A stretch of DNA of 64,000 nt. Source: Nageia nagi. Taxonomy: Eukaryota > Plantae > Pinophyta. The position numbers were made by a program, and so were the translations under genes. This document shows, piece after piece, positions 11,081 through 25,263 of the stretch. Each line of letters starts with the position of its first letter. The stretch's first letter is position 1. Where the stretch lies: assembly GCA_050084985.1 (NCBI GenBank), contig JBITNC010000002.1:17794001-17858000 (forward strand), read 5' to 3'. The notes beneath the pieces were generated by a model that was given only the letters and a program-made list of their open reading frames with translations, was not told the DNA's origin and did no database searches.

Positions 11081-12471
11081 TTAAATTCATATACAAGTCA
11101 ATGTAAAACCACTAAAGAAAATCTTAACATGTCTTTTCCATATTTTGAATCAACATTCCTTAGTTAACTTGGATGATATCAATTCAACATTGATATTTAT
11201 ATGGATAATAGAGACACAAAGATGAGTCAAGGGAACTGCCCTTAATCTTGAATTCCAAAATGCCTTTCTTTCATTTGATTTTATGGAGTTTCATGCCATA
11301 GCCCTGACCCTAGTATTTGTTTTCCGTAAGAACAAAATCTGGATAGCAGCACTATTTCAAACTTCAAAAGTAAGAAATTAATACCATTTTATTAGTACTT
11401 TAATTCGATGCGGATATTCACACCTACTATTGATTTTTGTTAGAACGAAAAATTATTGTAGGCCATAACTTACACTCCAAGTTCCAACTAAATGCTATTA
11501 GTACTTGATGCGATTTTAATATTTATTATACTGATTTTTGGTGGAACGAAAATTTCTTGTTTTTATTTTTCATCAAATGTCAAAATTCGCGGGATTTTTA
11601 TGTTAAATTTGGCCGGACTGTTAGTCACTTCATATTCACAACATTGAATTTTCTTCAAGTTTTTACCGACTGTAAACTTCAGTATGTAAAGTAATTTCAA
11701 ATCTGTGGTGCATAGACTATGTGCAAAGCTAACCAGAACATACCGCCTTTAGGAAGAGAAATTGCATACAGCCATGAATGGTTTATTTGATCAAAAGAAC
11801 TGAATCATATCAAGGTCAGGACACTGTCATTGACTGAAAAAATTTGAATCCCAGGTTTCTGTTGTGCAGCATCATTGTTCCAAGGAAAATCTATTCCATA
11901 ACATTTCAATTTATTGTTTACCTTTAGCAATCAATAAATACACTCAGCATCATTCTATTCAAGCAGCAAACCATAGCATTTTTTCCTTCTCATAGTGCTC
12001 CTATTTTACAGATTCAATTTCATTGAACGAGTGCAAAGGTTCCCTATAATGCAATTGGGTAGCCAATTAATGCGGCAACAGAAGCATCACTGGGAAAACG
12101 ATGCAGCTGACCTAAAAAATCCAGTAGCAATCACTATTGAAACATACACTATCACATTTGTGCTCAAGGAATGGCCTTGAAATTGGTAAGCAGATATCAA
12201 CCCAAACAACTTGAGTTTCTGAGGCTTAGCTTTGCCATTCTCATATGCTCTTTGCTCTTTTATAAAACCAAATAATCTAGTTGCTTAAATTGAAACTACA
12301 CTCCGCTTATTCTTTTATGCAATCTTTAGTTTCCTTAGTGACAACTGTGGACTATGAAGATGCAAGCGTAGACGCTTTACCTTCATTATAGATGATGTTT
12401 GATGATTCCACCAGCAGAGGCAGTGTAACCCATGATATCTTGAACAAAAGCACCCCTAATCTTCAAAATCA

Positions 12472-12601
12472 TCAAGATAGCTCTGCACGGTGCACCATGT
12501 ATTTGACAACTTCATAGAATGAAACTACAATTCCAACAGAGGGACCAGCACGTGCAACTCTTGGTCCTGCACCCGCAAATAATCCCCTTACTCCTCCATC
12601 C
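12472..12601 (-). CDS. MTM1: MTM1-like carrier, last exon
   Basis: Phase 2 acceptor CTTCAG; DGGVRGLFAGAGPRVARAGPSVGIVVSFYEVVKYMVHRAELS-stop (TGA 12474-12472). Confidence 0.94.
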
Positions 12602-12716
12602 CTGAAGGAGAACATTCTTTAGCCTAAGGCGTACAGGAATCATACGTTTGGCTCATAATGCATTCTATGACATACATGGACGCAAAGGCATTAGCAAGTA
12701 TGCAAAAAACACTTAC

Positions 12717-12775
12717 CTCCAAATTTCCATCAGTGTTCTCCTGATGCTTGTGTTCAATGCTTTCACTGGATCCTT
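12717..12775 (-). CDS. MTM1: MTM1-like carrier, exon KDPVKALNTSIRRTLMEIW(R)
   Basis: TTTCAG acceptor, AG|GTAAGT donor, phase 2. Confidence 0.92.
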
Positions 12776-13036
12776 CTGAAATTGAAGTGGTTTAAAGTCA
12801 TTTAGAAACAACATAAATGTCTGTAAGTTCAACACCAGAAATGATGAACAAAGAATTTGTGAAAAATTGTTCACTCAGCTGTTTCAGCTGTAAAAAGCTT
12901 TCCAGTCAGTTATGTTATCAACTAGATTCTAGAATCATATGTTAGACTCTAGAGATTACCTCTTTAACTAGATTTTAGCATCTGTAAAGAGATTGCCTCT
13001 GTAACTGGATTCTTAGCACAACGTTTTTGAGAGTAC

Positions 13037-13186
13037 CTCTGTTTGCCGTCTTGTTTTAGCAACATCCAACGGACATGTGGCAGCAGCAGCGATCCCACCA
13101 GCTATTATACCAGCTGAAAAATTTGCACCCAAAATGCTCAAGGCATTCGTCTCAGTATCAACCAACACAAGTAGGTGTCGCCTCAA
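13037..13186 (-). CDS. MTM1: MTM1-like carrier, exon LRRHLL...CPLDVAKTRRQTE
   Basis: 50 aa, ACAG acceptor, GAG|GTAC donor; third carrier motif PLDVAKTR. Confidence 0.93.
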
Positions 13187-14484
13187 CTGTGAAAGAATAT
13201 GGAAGAACCGTTCACTATCATCATAAATACACACACAAGAAAAAACAGAAGACATATACCATATAGTTCAAAGAAAGAAACTAATAGAAGTGTCCATAGC
13301 ATCTTCTGAAAATCAGTTAACAAAATTGAAACAAGTAAGAGCAGTCTATGTTGACAAGGATTAAATGGACACAAAATCAAGTCAAACATGGATTAAGCAA
13401 GCAAGCCAGAGCAGGAAAGCATGCAACAACCAGAAGGTCAAAAATGAAATCTGGGGTGCTTTCTTTAAAGAGTTTACATCACCATACTTTGTTCTGCAAT
13501 TTCAATGAAAAAATGTAACAGATCCATCATATTTCTTGTCATAATGAATGATCAAATAAGCTGAAATCTGTTAATAAATATTCAGAGGGAAATGAGAAAA
13601 ACGATGATCATGAAATATTCTTGTGTCATTCAAATCACAAGTTCCTTATAGAACAAACATGTCAACGTAGAACACGAGGATGGAAAGAATAAAGAATGCA
13701 TGCGTAAGCTATTGACATAGGAATGAAAACTAGCAAAAGAAGTACAAGAAGACAGGAAGAAAATGACAGTTCAATCCTGTGAAGGAGAGGTCCTGGAGCG
13801 GAGGTAGCTAGGAATGGGTTCCAGGGCAAAGTTGGAGTCCCCAATCTATGGAGACGGCTTCTTTTGGGGCGGTTCTGGCCAGACCGTATTTAACTATTTT
13901 GAATTTGAGTAAGACGGGAAATATCCAGCTTTCAAACTGGAAGAAATAAAACCCAACCAGCCAATGCGGGTAGGGGGGAGAAACACCCTGCCAAGAACCA
14001 TAGATGAAAACCAATATGAAGGAGGTTACTCCTCAGGGCATCCAAACTTTTTGGATATCTTTGTTTCTCTATTCCTAGGTTCTGGGAACTTGCCCATGTC
14101 CTTTTCCCAACTATATGGTTAGTTTGTAATGCTTAATATACAAGGTTTTAAGCCCTTATTCCTAAAGGGCTCTAATGCTTTCTTGTAGCTTTTAGCTTGA
14201 CAGATCTCTGAACTTCAAGGATATCTTTCTAAAAATACTCATGTAAAAGGTTTGAGGACCCTTTCAAAACCCATTCTTTACCACCAATAAAAAACACTAT
14301 CCAACTACCTTAAAAGGTCATACTGAAACAAATGAAATAGACGAGCTGCAGGCCCAATAGATACAACGTATATTAAAGTACATAAGCTCATGCCCTCCTA
14401 TCAGTTAGGACTTAGGCCAATGCAAAATCATTTGTTAAATTGATCCATTCGTACACATTTTTCTAAAATTCTCATCATCTTTAC

Positions 14485-17400
14485 CTTGGTTTGAAAAATC
14501 GCAAGAATTCCCATTGAGTTTCGCCACAAGGAAGAAAATTGCCCTCGCACTCACAAATGAGTTTCCATGAGTTCAAGGTGAGAAACTCACGATGCGAAAA
14601 GACAGCCAAATACTGTAGAAATGGGTAATTTAGGAAATATGGGTATTTTTTGGGTCATTTCATCCCTATTTCACACAATTTTGCTCTACATGTCTGCATT
14701 TTGAGAATCCAAAGTTTCTCCATTAAGCTCAAGCTTTTCATTGTAGATTTCAAACTTTCCAATGGGAATTTGAAGTCATTTAGCAAGTCAACCAAGGGTT
14801 TTCAATATTCATAATAAAATTTAAAAGGTAGGATTTTTTATTTTTTTTCTAAAGAAATTTCTTTTTTGTTTTGGTCTTTGTTCATTTATACCATACCCAT
14901 ATTTGAAATAGGTATTTTGTAGGGTTAGGTTTTTTTATCAAACTCTTTTTTTTTTTCATTTTCTTGTTTTGAGTTGATTAATATATCCCATTACTGCTTT
15001 ATACATTATTTGTGCTTTGTAGATTCACTAAAAATTAGGGTTTTTATTTTTTTCAAGCAAAATCATCTATTTTTTTGGTATGCCCATAACTCAAATGGGT
15101 GATTTTGTTTGCAAATGGCTTCCAAAGATGAAGGCTATTTATCTCCATTACCAAGGAAGGACCTTGTTTGGAAGCATGGGAAGAAGGGTCTTCTTCCAAA
15201 TCAAGTTATTTGTAACTATTGCAAGAAAAGTTACAAGGGTGGTATTCATAGGTTCAAATACCATTTTGCGAGGGTACCTGATTAGGATGTAGGGCTTTCC
15301 AATGTTGTGGACCCTACTTTGTTCCAAGGTAGAGAAGAAGATAGAAATAAAAGAACTAGGGTTGCAGTTGGAGCAAGGATTGGCAACTATGGCTTTGGTG
15401 ATTGCGCACCTCGTGAGTCAAAATTAGCATCGAAGTCTATTTTTGGCCCACATGTTCAATCTTTGAGTGGTGATATCATAGAGAGGAAAATTGTAATGAA
15501 GCGTTTCTTTGTTCCTCATGGAGAGGCACACCATTCCCTTGATACTCCAACATGGGAGAAAGAAAAGGTCAATGTAGCTTGAGCAATGGCTGCAAATTTT
15601 TCGTACTATTTGAACATTTATTTAAATGTTGCAAATAGTCCTTACTAGGATGCCATGGTGATGACATTCACTACAATTGAAAGAGGGATGAAGCCCCCTA
15701 TCGCAAAGGATTTGAGTGGTTCGTTGTTTGAGGATGTAAACACACATCCCCGGTTAGATAAGCAAAAGAAGGTTTGGTGCAAACATGGATGCAATATTTT
15801 ATCAAATGGGTGGGTAGCTGTGAGGAGTTGCACACTCATCAACTTCATGGTGGCTTCAAGTGGATCAATGATTGATGCATTCAAGAGGTCCAAAATACAC
15901 TACTACTTTTCAAATAGATGGAGGAGGTGGTGATGGAAGTGAGTGTGAATAATGTTGTCCAAGTAGTGATAGACACCACTACAACATATGTAGTTGCAAG
16001 GAGACTTCTTGAGGAGAAGTATCCCACTTTGTTTTGGAGCCCATGTGCAGCCCATTGCATCAACCTTATGCTCAAGGACATTGGCAAGCTCACATGGATT
16101 AAAAGTGTGGTTGAAGAAGCTAAATAATTACAAAATTCATCTACAACCACACTTCGTTGCTTTGTTTGATAAGAGAGCTTACAAGTGGCAAGGAGATTAT
16201 TCATCTAGGTATCATTCGATTTGCCTCCAATTTCATTGCATTACAAAGCCTTTCAGATGCACAAGCTTCTCTTAAGAGGATGTTTGTGAGTGAGCGGTGG
16301 ATGGGGTCTCCTTTTTGCCACAAGGAAGATGGAGAGGTGGTAATCAAGATAGTGTTCAACGATTGTTTTTTGAAGCGTTCGTGAGGTCATGAAGGTAATT
16401 TAAATGTGCCCTTTTATGTTTTTTAAATTTTTAGTTTGCAACTTTGTATTTCTAAATTTAAATTTGTAAATCAAAATTTCTTTTTTTCTATGATTTTTAG
16501 ACGACAAAACCTTTGATCAAGGTTCTTCACCTTGTAGATGGTGATTTGATGCCAATGGGCTAACTCAATGAGGCCATGGATAGGGCGAATGAGGCTATCC
16601 AACATTTTTATTGCAAAGATAGACATAAATTGGATCCCATTTGGCATATCATTAATAGGAGATGGACTAAGCAACTCCATCAACCTTTACAATCAACAAG
16701 GTACCATTTGAATCCCAAGTTTTTTTTTACTACGATGATTTTGAGCCCAATGAGGAGGTTATGGATGGCCTCTATACTTGCATAGAGAGGACGATCCCTA
16801 AGGATCACATCAGAGAACTAATCCCCATTGGGTTGTAAGCCTACAAGAAAGTTGAGGGGAGAGTTTCTCTTTCATTCTTTGTAGAAAGTCGAGGACAACC
16901 TTGCAACCATGTAAATCTTTAAAATTCAATAAAAGTAGCATCTTTTCAGAATTTACATAATGTACAATCCAAAAGAAATTTTTTAGATGTCATTTATTTT
17001 TTGCAAATTTGTGATGGGAAGCTAATGGTGCTTGGTCATTAAATTTTTCAAAGGCTAGCAGTGTGTATATTGAGTCATCCTTGTAATATTGTTGGGTATG
17101 AACGCAATTGGCCATATTATTTAAGAGTATTCATGCTAAGAAATGCAACAATTTCAATTTGAGTTAGCAACACCTCAATGACCTTGTCCTCATCCATACA
17201 ATCTTTGCCTTCACCTCAAAGCGTCGCACAATGTCATCAACCTTGATGGGATGGATCCACTGGCAGATTAGGATGTTGAAGATGCAGAACCTCAATTCAC
17301 TACGGAGGAAATCAATGTGTTTGACAGGGAAATGACAGAAGGTGTAGAGGCAACAATTGGTATGGAGCATGAGGACATACCTAAGAATCTTGTTGAGGCT

Positions 17401-17711
17401 GAAGTTGCAAATTTGCCACTTCCACATCCATCATCTAGAACGAGACTAAGCACATATATGAGATTGAAGGAAAAGAAGAATGTAATTTAGAACTACTTTA
17501 CAGTTTAAACTTTAAATGGTTGTATTTTTTATGATCATAAATTATGAATGTACTTGTTTCATTGAAATCTAATATAAAATTGACTTTGGAACTCATTAAT
17601 TTCATATTTACATAGTTTTTTGTATATTTTTTTCATAAAATGTTCAAGGTTTTTTTGTCGAGTAATCTTCAAGATGTCGAGTACTCTTTGAGTCCAAGTA
17701 TTCCAACTATG
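14485..17711 (+). mobile_element. hAT DNA transposon with pseudogenised transposase, in a host intron
   Basis: 8-bp TSD ATCTTTAC/ATCTCTAC; degenerate TIRs CTTGGTTTGAAAAATCG / CATAGTTGGAATACTTG(rc); BED-finger CNYCKK, DUF659-like NVVQVVID..FWSPCAAHCINLMLKDIG, AMDRANEAI, RRWTKQLHQPL. Confidence 0.88.
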
Positions 17712-18349
17712 ATCTCTACTAGTTTAAAAAGAAATGGTGAGATCAAATAAATTACGAAAAACATTTGTTCAACTCAGAAGTTGATACCAATTTGAAGAAG
17801 AAACCTAATCAATGTTCTTATAATATATGATCTAGATTGAAAACTAAGTTGATCCAAAATTGAATTCAAGTTATAAGAAAAAAAACTTTATGTAATTCAT
17901 TTCAAACTAAATATTATTCATATTGGGATGATAAGGAAGAAGGCAAATTTCAAATCCTCTCTATCCCTTATTCTATCTTGCACAATGGTCTTTTCAATCA
18001 ATAAAGAGCTCAGAGTGGGGAAATTAAGAGTGATATAATAAACCAAAAGGTCCTAAATGGTTGTTTGGTGACTTATGTATCATTATATTATATTTGGTTT
18101 AGTATTTATGTAGCAGGTGTAATTTAAAGAAAACAAGATTCATTCCTAGAGTCTATAATAAGATTATATAATGGAAACTAGTAGAAATGTTAGGTTTTTG
18201 AGGGAAAAGCTAGTGTTTCCTTTTATTTTAAGTAGAATTTAATTGATAGCTGCCATTAACGCTCTACATCAGGTTAAAAACTCTTAATGCATGGAGTTTT
18301 ATAGGATCCGTGTAAATGAGTGGCACTTTTTCTAGAAATCAAGTATCAA

Positions 18350-20070
18350 CAAATGGTATTAAAAAATTGCTAGACTTGGGATGGGGAGAACTTGTATTCT
18401 TAATTTTTTAAACAATTAATCAAGTTCTATTACAAGTTTTTTGAAAGAAGATTTTGCTTGTTCATTTGGATGTCATGGCCACCAATAACAACTATCCCTA
18501 TTCCCAAATTCAATGGTCAAAATTTTGATTACTAAAGCATCAAAATAAGGACTGTCAACTATTTTAGCACACAAGGAATTATAATACCAAACCTTCCTCT
18601 TGCAATGATCTTTTGTCTCGATGCACTGGTTTAATTAGTGGTAACGCAATTTAGACACTATGACCAACACAATAATCGTGCAATGGAACAATGATATAAT
18701 ATTATTGATGAAAGTGAAGAGACAAATACAACAAGAGTTACAATGCAATGATAAGAAACTCTCACCATGATGATAGCAATGGACTTGGTTATTCTATGAG
18801 GAGCACCACCACTTGCTCAACTCAACAACCAATCCAACAAAACCACTATCACAACCTCACAAAGAGAACCTTCTTAGAACAAAACTCCAACCTTCTCTTC
18901 AATTGGATAATCGTAAATACAATACAACACTTGACACACTTATGACACTAAGACTCAAGACTCATCATACATATATAAAATTCTTCACAACTTCACAACT
19001 CACTCATAACTTCAACTCAACTTGACTTGACTTGCACTTGACTCCCCCTAGACTTTGCAATAGACTTGTGCTCAACTTGCCTTACATGCTCATAGCACTT
19101 CTTTATTTATAGGCTAGAGAAGGTATCTAGATTTCTATACAAGTTGAATTTTAAAATACATTATATCTCCATCTCTAGAAATATCCAAACCACTTTTAGA
19201 AATATCCATGAGATGTCACATAACCCTTTTCTAGAAACCCTTTTTAAATATCAACAACCACTTCCACACCATCCAAAGTCCTTGTGCCACATAATCCTAT
19301 GGATAATTTTAGAACATGTATCTTTTAGATATTACCCATGGATATTTCCTCCAATTACCATTACTTACTTTTACCATTAACCTTTCACCATTTCCCATTT
19401 ACTATTTTACTTTTTACCAAACTTCAACATAAAGCCCCCATAGTACACTTGTACTACTAATCATTGTTACGTCCATATCTCTTTATTCTGGCTGCATCGT
19501 TATTCCATTGCAGCTATAACTGTAGCTTATTTGTGCACCACTATCTTACACAACAAGTTGGCTGCTAGGCACTATTATGGATTGTGACACATACCAGTTA
19601 CATAGATATACTATATACTTACTAGAAAAATTTAATGATGACAGGACCTTGTTGACTTTAATAATTTATGGGATATTGTTGATTCTGGTTATGATGAGCC
19701 AATACTATTACTCAAAATAATACGCAAGCAAAAAACAACTAGAAGAAAAACTTGTTGGCACTGCACAATATTCAATCAACTCTTAATAAGAGTTTATTTT
19801 CAAGAATTGTATATGCAAAATCAGCCAAGGATGCTTGGAAGGCTCTAAAAAAGGTCTACCAAGGTAGTGATCAAGTAAATGGTGTCAAGCTGCAAACATT
19901 TGAAAGAGAAAGGTTGAAAAATGAGGTTGTATTGAAGAAAAAATTGAGAACTCTTAACACCTAAGTGGAACCGTGTAGCTATCATTGTTAATGAAAAAAA
20001 GGATTTGACTAAGTTGGAGTTTGATCATTTTGTGGGTTTTCTCATGTCACATGAAGAGAGATTAAAAAAC
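18350..20070 (+). mobile_element. Copia gag remnant split by a solo LTR
   Basis: PIPKFNGQNFDY*SIKIRT at ~18495-18552, resuming LWDIVDSGYDEP, SAKDAWKALKKVYQGSDQV, LMSHEER. Confidence 0.75.
18553..19643 (-). mobile_element. Solo-LTR-like insertion
   Basis: TGTCA...TGACA termini, 4-bp duplication GGAC on both sides, CTATAAATA on the minus strand; interrupts Copia gag. Confidence 0.65.
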
Positions 20071-21480
20071 ATCTTTAGTGAAGGTGTTAAACAATGTTTC
20101 AAAGAATGATGAGGACGAGGAAGATGATAATATCGGAAATTTTAGATAATTTTTGTAATATAACTTATAAATCATTTGTTTTACACCCATACCTACAAAG
20201 AAAGACCTAGAGGGATCATAAATCCAATTGCTAAGAGTATGATCACCACCTACTCCAACCGATACAATGTCATTAATTAGCTGAAGAACACTCAAACAAA
20301 AATCTTCTATTCAACCTTCTAAAATTTCTCAATAACATATGAAAGTTTTATATTAAGCTTTAAAGAAAGAAACAAAACCTAAGTGTCTCAATGTGGTAAC
20401 TTTTGCCACTATGGTTGATACTTGAAAACCACAATATAAAGATATCAAATTTGATCCTTCATAATTGCCTAACAAAGACATTATTAATTAGAGTTTGTCA
20501 TTCATTATACATCAAAGTAGATGTTTTAGGAAAAGAATTAAAGTCTTAATGGATACATAATCAAGTCTTAACATTTAATATACTGCTTTCCTTCGGCTTT
20601 TTAAAGAAGAAAATCTGACTCCTAAATCAACCGTGAAAATTAGATATTCTGACAATGAGAGAAAGATTTTCTTCCTTATAATATCCTCTTAGGTAGACCT
20701 TGGATCCATGCCATGAAAAGTATTCCTTCTACCTTACATGGGTCTATTAAGTTTGAATAGAATGGTGTTACCTACAAGAACATAGTAGATGAAGAACCAT
20801 ACAAATATTGTCATGCAGTCAAAATAGACGCACCAAAACTTCGCTTCGTTCTTCACAATGAAATCTCTTATGAAATCACAAACCCATCTCATATAAAAAT
20901 AATTGAATAATTAAATGCAACAACATGAATACTGAAAAAGCAGAAAATCAGACTCCAATCAGATACATCAGCATCAGATAAGAGGTATCAAATTAGCAAT
21001 TTTCAAATTCCAGAATCATTGCACAACTTCGGCAGAACAAAAAATACCCAAGTCCAAAATGTCCCAGAAAATATCCACTTTCTGGGACACCCATATTAGA
21101 GCACTCGTTTTCTAAGCTTTCTAAGTCAAAACACCAAAAGTCTGGCCAGCAGATTGTATATCACGCAAACAATGCCTAGAAACAGCTGTCAGACTGTCAA
21201 GTTGCAATTTCAGCCACAATTCACAATTCAAAACAGGTATACAAGTTCACGAAAGGTAAACATCTGGAAAATTATACTGATGGGTGAGGTTTTCCATGGA
21301 ATAATGAAAAAATATGGATAGGAAGGCTGAAAGGTTTTTAAACATTTCAAGTGCACGCGAATTGCGCATTCATTGCAAACTCTTATATGAATTTTCAAAA
21401 GGGATCTATGCAATAATGCATGCATATGCAACATAAAAGAAATTGGAAAGGAAGTGAAGTGAACCACAAAAAAAAATCAC

Positions 21481-21572
21481 CGGTTCAAGAATTGTCCAGC
21501 AAATTGCAGAAAAGGGAACATCACGAGCTAGCTGAGTTCCTGCTCCAGTCCAGAGAATCTGCAATCCCTGAA
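21481..21572 (-). CDS. MTM1: MTM1-like carrier, exon (F)QGLQILWTGAGTQLARDVPFSAICWTILEP
   Basis: Phase 1 acceptor TGTAG matches the previous exon; RDVPFSA is characteristic of the SLC25A39/40/Mtm1 family. Confidence 0.93.
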
Positions 21573-21951
21573 CTACATAGAACTGGATATGCATTAGTAT
21601 CCACTTCAATATTTCCTTCCAAATACTCTTTCTTTCAAATACTGTTATACGGTATACCATAGACAAAAAGACACAAGTTATGGATAAAATATCAACAAAA
21701 TGAATGTCATAGCATGCAGCCATGCACATGACCGTACACCAATGTCAGACAAAATTATCCAAATTCTACTTCAATACTTATAGAGACTATGTTTTCCTTT
21801 AAAGACAGTTACATAACTGAAACAAGATGGGGCTGGATGAAACAAATTATTGAAAAATGTGCCTCTGCATGCATGTTATCATATATACATCCCTGCACAA
21901 TGATCCCAAATCTAGCTGTATGCACACATGTTGCATATATATGAGGCTACA

Positions 21952-23600
21952 TGTAATGTCCCCAATTTTGAGTCCCATTTATCCTATGTATTTTCCATGT
22001 TATTATTTTGTCACTAAGAGTGGAACATCCTCTTTTCATTGTAGATATGCATGTTTTATTTTTAAATTAAATAAAAAAAGTGTGTTAGGTATTTAGAGGT
22101 GTTTTAAGTGTCTAATTTAGCATGTGCTTAAAATGTTCTTAAGTGAATGTGGGCCCCTATAGGTGTATTAAGTGTTAGGAAGATCTAAAGGTTAGATTTA
22201 CACCTAAGAGATCTTTTGGCTGAGATCTAATCTCTAGTTAGGGTTACTTGTCTATATGTGTTATTAGGGTTTCATTTGCAAGGACACCTTCGATCACTTT
22301 ATAACTAATATTTTGGAGACATTGTTGGAGCAACAATCCTATTCCTTCTATGGAAGACCAACTACAGAAGTGGGCACCTTAGAGGAAGCTCAGCCTCTCG
22401 ATGATCAACTTAAGGATGACCAGCCTTGAGTTTCTTGTGGAGAATCCACCCAGGTTTCTTATTTGTGCTTCATTGATAATTCTGCATCAAATTTGAGGGT
22501 TTGAAACCCTAGACTGCAAAGATCAGCCAGTTGAAGGATTTTGAAGAGGTTTTTGTGCATGTTTAGACCTGATCTATCTTCCCAGGTGGATTGCCCGATT
22601 GTTGGGACTTCTTACTGATTTGCAAAACTTAGATAGCTATGTCGTACTAAAGTTCATCACATATAGATTTCATTCATATACTTTCATTAAAATCCAACTA
22701 TATTAAACCTACGACATGGACACTCCAAAAAGACTGTTTTTAGGGCATCGACATTGTACAATTAGTTGAACTTACAAAATTAAGTATGCAAATGCGGAAT
22801 TAATGATCAAATACACATAACAATGAAAATCAATAAAGCACACAAAATAATGCAAGAGATTTATATTGGTTCCTCACAATGTAGGAGTACATCTAGTTTA
22901 ACAATTCCTCTTCATCATTATGGGGATTTTACATGGATTTACAGATACAAGATCATGGAAAACCATGCCTCAAAGTTCAAACAATAACAATCCTTCCTAC
23001 CTCTGCAACTCCTCAAAAATCTCCATGAATCAAATGAATATGAACTCTTCAATATGAAAAGTCTCACAAAACTTCATTCAATCCTTGAACAATGAATCAC
23101 ACAAGTAGATATACAACCTTGGTGTAATGTCCCCAATTTCGAGAAACCTTGTTGAAGGCATAACTTTTGTCACAATCCATGGATTGTTGATTTGTCTTCT
23201 AGAATGAATAGAGAATCTTGTGGCAATTGTTTTGATAGGTCACACAGCATGGTTTTGTCAAGAAACGAGGAAGATATGGACTTTTGAAGATTTTCCCTTG
23301 GAGTTAGTTTCCTACTATCGCACATGCGAGACCCAGTTTATTAATATTGTATTTAGTGTCATTTGTGACACTTATAATTAATGGCCTGGCCCTATGAGGG
23401 GTATTAGGAGTGAATTATATTAGATTCGTAGTCTTAGTTATTTTATAATAAAAGTGGGCCATGTTTTGTAATAAGGAAATATATTATTCCTTAATTGCCC
23501 AATGTCTAGCTTAGGAGGAATCATTTGCCAATTAAGAGTTATTTACTCACTTTCCTAACTTAAGGGATTGCTTCCAACCTCCTTAACGTGGCCTTCTCAA
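21952..23600. mobile_element. Cluster of LTR fragments
   Basis: TGTAATGTCCCCAATTT starts at 21952 and 23123, same start as the LTR at 37053 (minus); internal boundaries not resolved. Confidence 0.55.
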
Positions 23601-25263
23601 GGTTACCCTTCTTTACTCTCCTTTTTCAGCTTATGCATTTCCCTTGTTAGAGAAGGTGGCTAATCTCCATTATGGGGAGCTCTCATTTCATCAAACTGAT
23701 GCTTATAAACTTTTGGCTTGGATGTTTCATAATGTGCAACTTCTTCCAATGCGTAGGCCTTCTAAACGACCATATTCATCGATGTAGGCAAGAATCCTCT
23801 AACCAAGCTTCTCAACGGCTCTTTCAACCCTTTTTCAAACAATGAGACGACCTCCTTAGGTGTGATTTGATCAACCAAGGTGATCTTTTGTTGGAATTTT
23901 GAGATATAAGAATCCAAGGACCCCTGCTACTTTACTAAGACCAAATCCCAAAAATATTCCTCCTTATCCTTCAAGTTAAAATGATTTAGGATACATCGGC
24001 CAAACTCATACATTATGCATACAAAGCTATGATCTCCCGTTTCTTGTTCATGGCGCCACCATGCCTAAGCCGTCCCATCAAGACATAGAATGGCCAATTG
24101 CAATACTTCTTCAAATAGACGGTTTAAGTGGGTGATCATTCTCAACTTATGCAATCATACCCTAGGTGAGACTCCTCCATCTCCGTCAAAGTTTGGAACC
24201 CTATCCATCCCTTTCACCTCATCATCCATACCTGGATCCAAATATGGCCCAGTGGGTAAAGGATGTCTCCCTCCTCGTGGATCTACACATTCATCTTTTT
24301 GTGATGTGGATCTCTGATTCTCCTTCTCATTTTTCCTTTACTCATTTTGCTTGAGGGCTTCAAGCAATTTTACCATCACATCTATGGCGGCATCCAACTT
24401 CTCCATTTTCAACTTGGATCCGAATACCCCCTTACTTTCCATTTTCACAAATGGCAAGATCAGGCTCTGATACCACTGTGATGTGCCAAAATTATTTTTA
24501 TGCCAGAAAACCCAATGTCTGACACCAAGACAAGAAATGATGCCAATCAAACAAATTAAGCTCAAAAATGCCAACGCCACACAAGGATGCTCAATTATGA
24601 CACAAAATATGGGATCCAAGGGCCCACGCCTCAATATATCATCAAAATGGAGCAAATACAATGCAATAAGACAAGATAGGCTTGACGTCTGGCTTGGAAG
24701 ACCAGATCTAGCACTCAACAATGGCAAATATGCTCCTGTAAGATTGACATCTAGAACTGAAATCTGAAGTAACCAATAAGAGGCCTAAGAGATGACTCTA
24801 TGCCACACTCCGAAAGTAAGATGACAAATATGATAAAAGCTACCTTCCAAGCCCCTTACTAGCCATACGTCTCACTAGGTGGCCTAGATCTCGCCTAGGA
24901 ATCCATGCTAGACGTCTTGAGATTAGGTGCATTAACAAGGAGTCATCCTAAGCTTGGCGCTAGGATTCCATCTCAAGATGAGCACAAACAAGCGATTGGA
25001 CTATTATTGTTAAATAAAATAACACTACATGACTTAATCTATCCAAGGAGGGTAATGTCCCACATTGGGGCCCACAATTTGCCTTAAATACCTAATGCTT
25101 CGTTACAATTAATGCCTAAGTACAAATTCAATGGTTAAATTAGCACCCCTAACTACAAAATCACCCCTACGTAGCAAAATACTCCTAAATGACTTTATTT
25201 CGTGCCCAAACATCCCCCTAAGGGTAGACATCAAGCATCCAGTGGACCCCATGGGTCATTACA
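23600..25263 (-). mobile_element. Gypsy 5' LTR + PBS + gag remnant
   Basis: LTR 25263-24477 (TGTAATGACCC..CATCACA); perfect tRNA-iMet PBS TGGTATCAGAGC 24475-24464; gag-like QGSLDSYISKFQ, LFEKGLKEPL. Confidence 0.8.
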
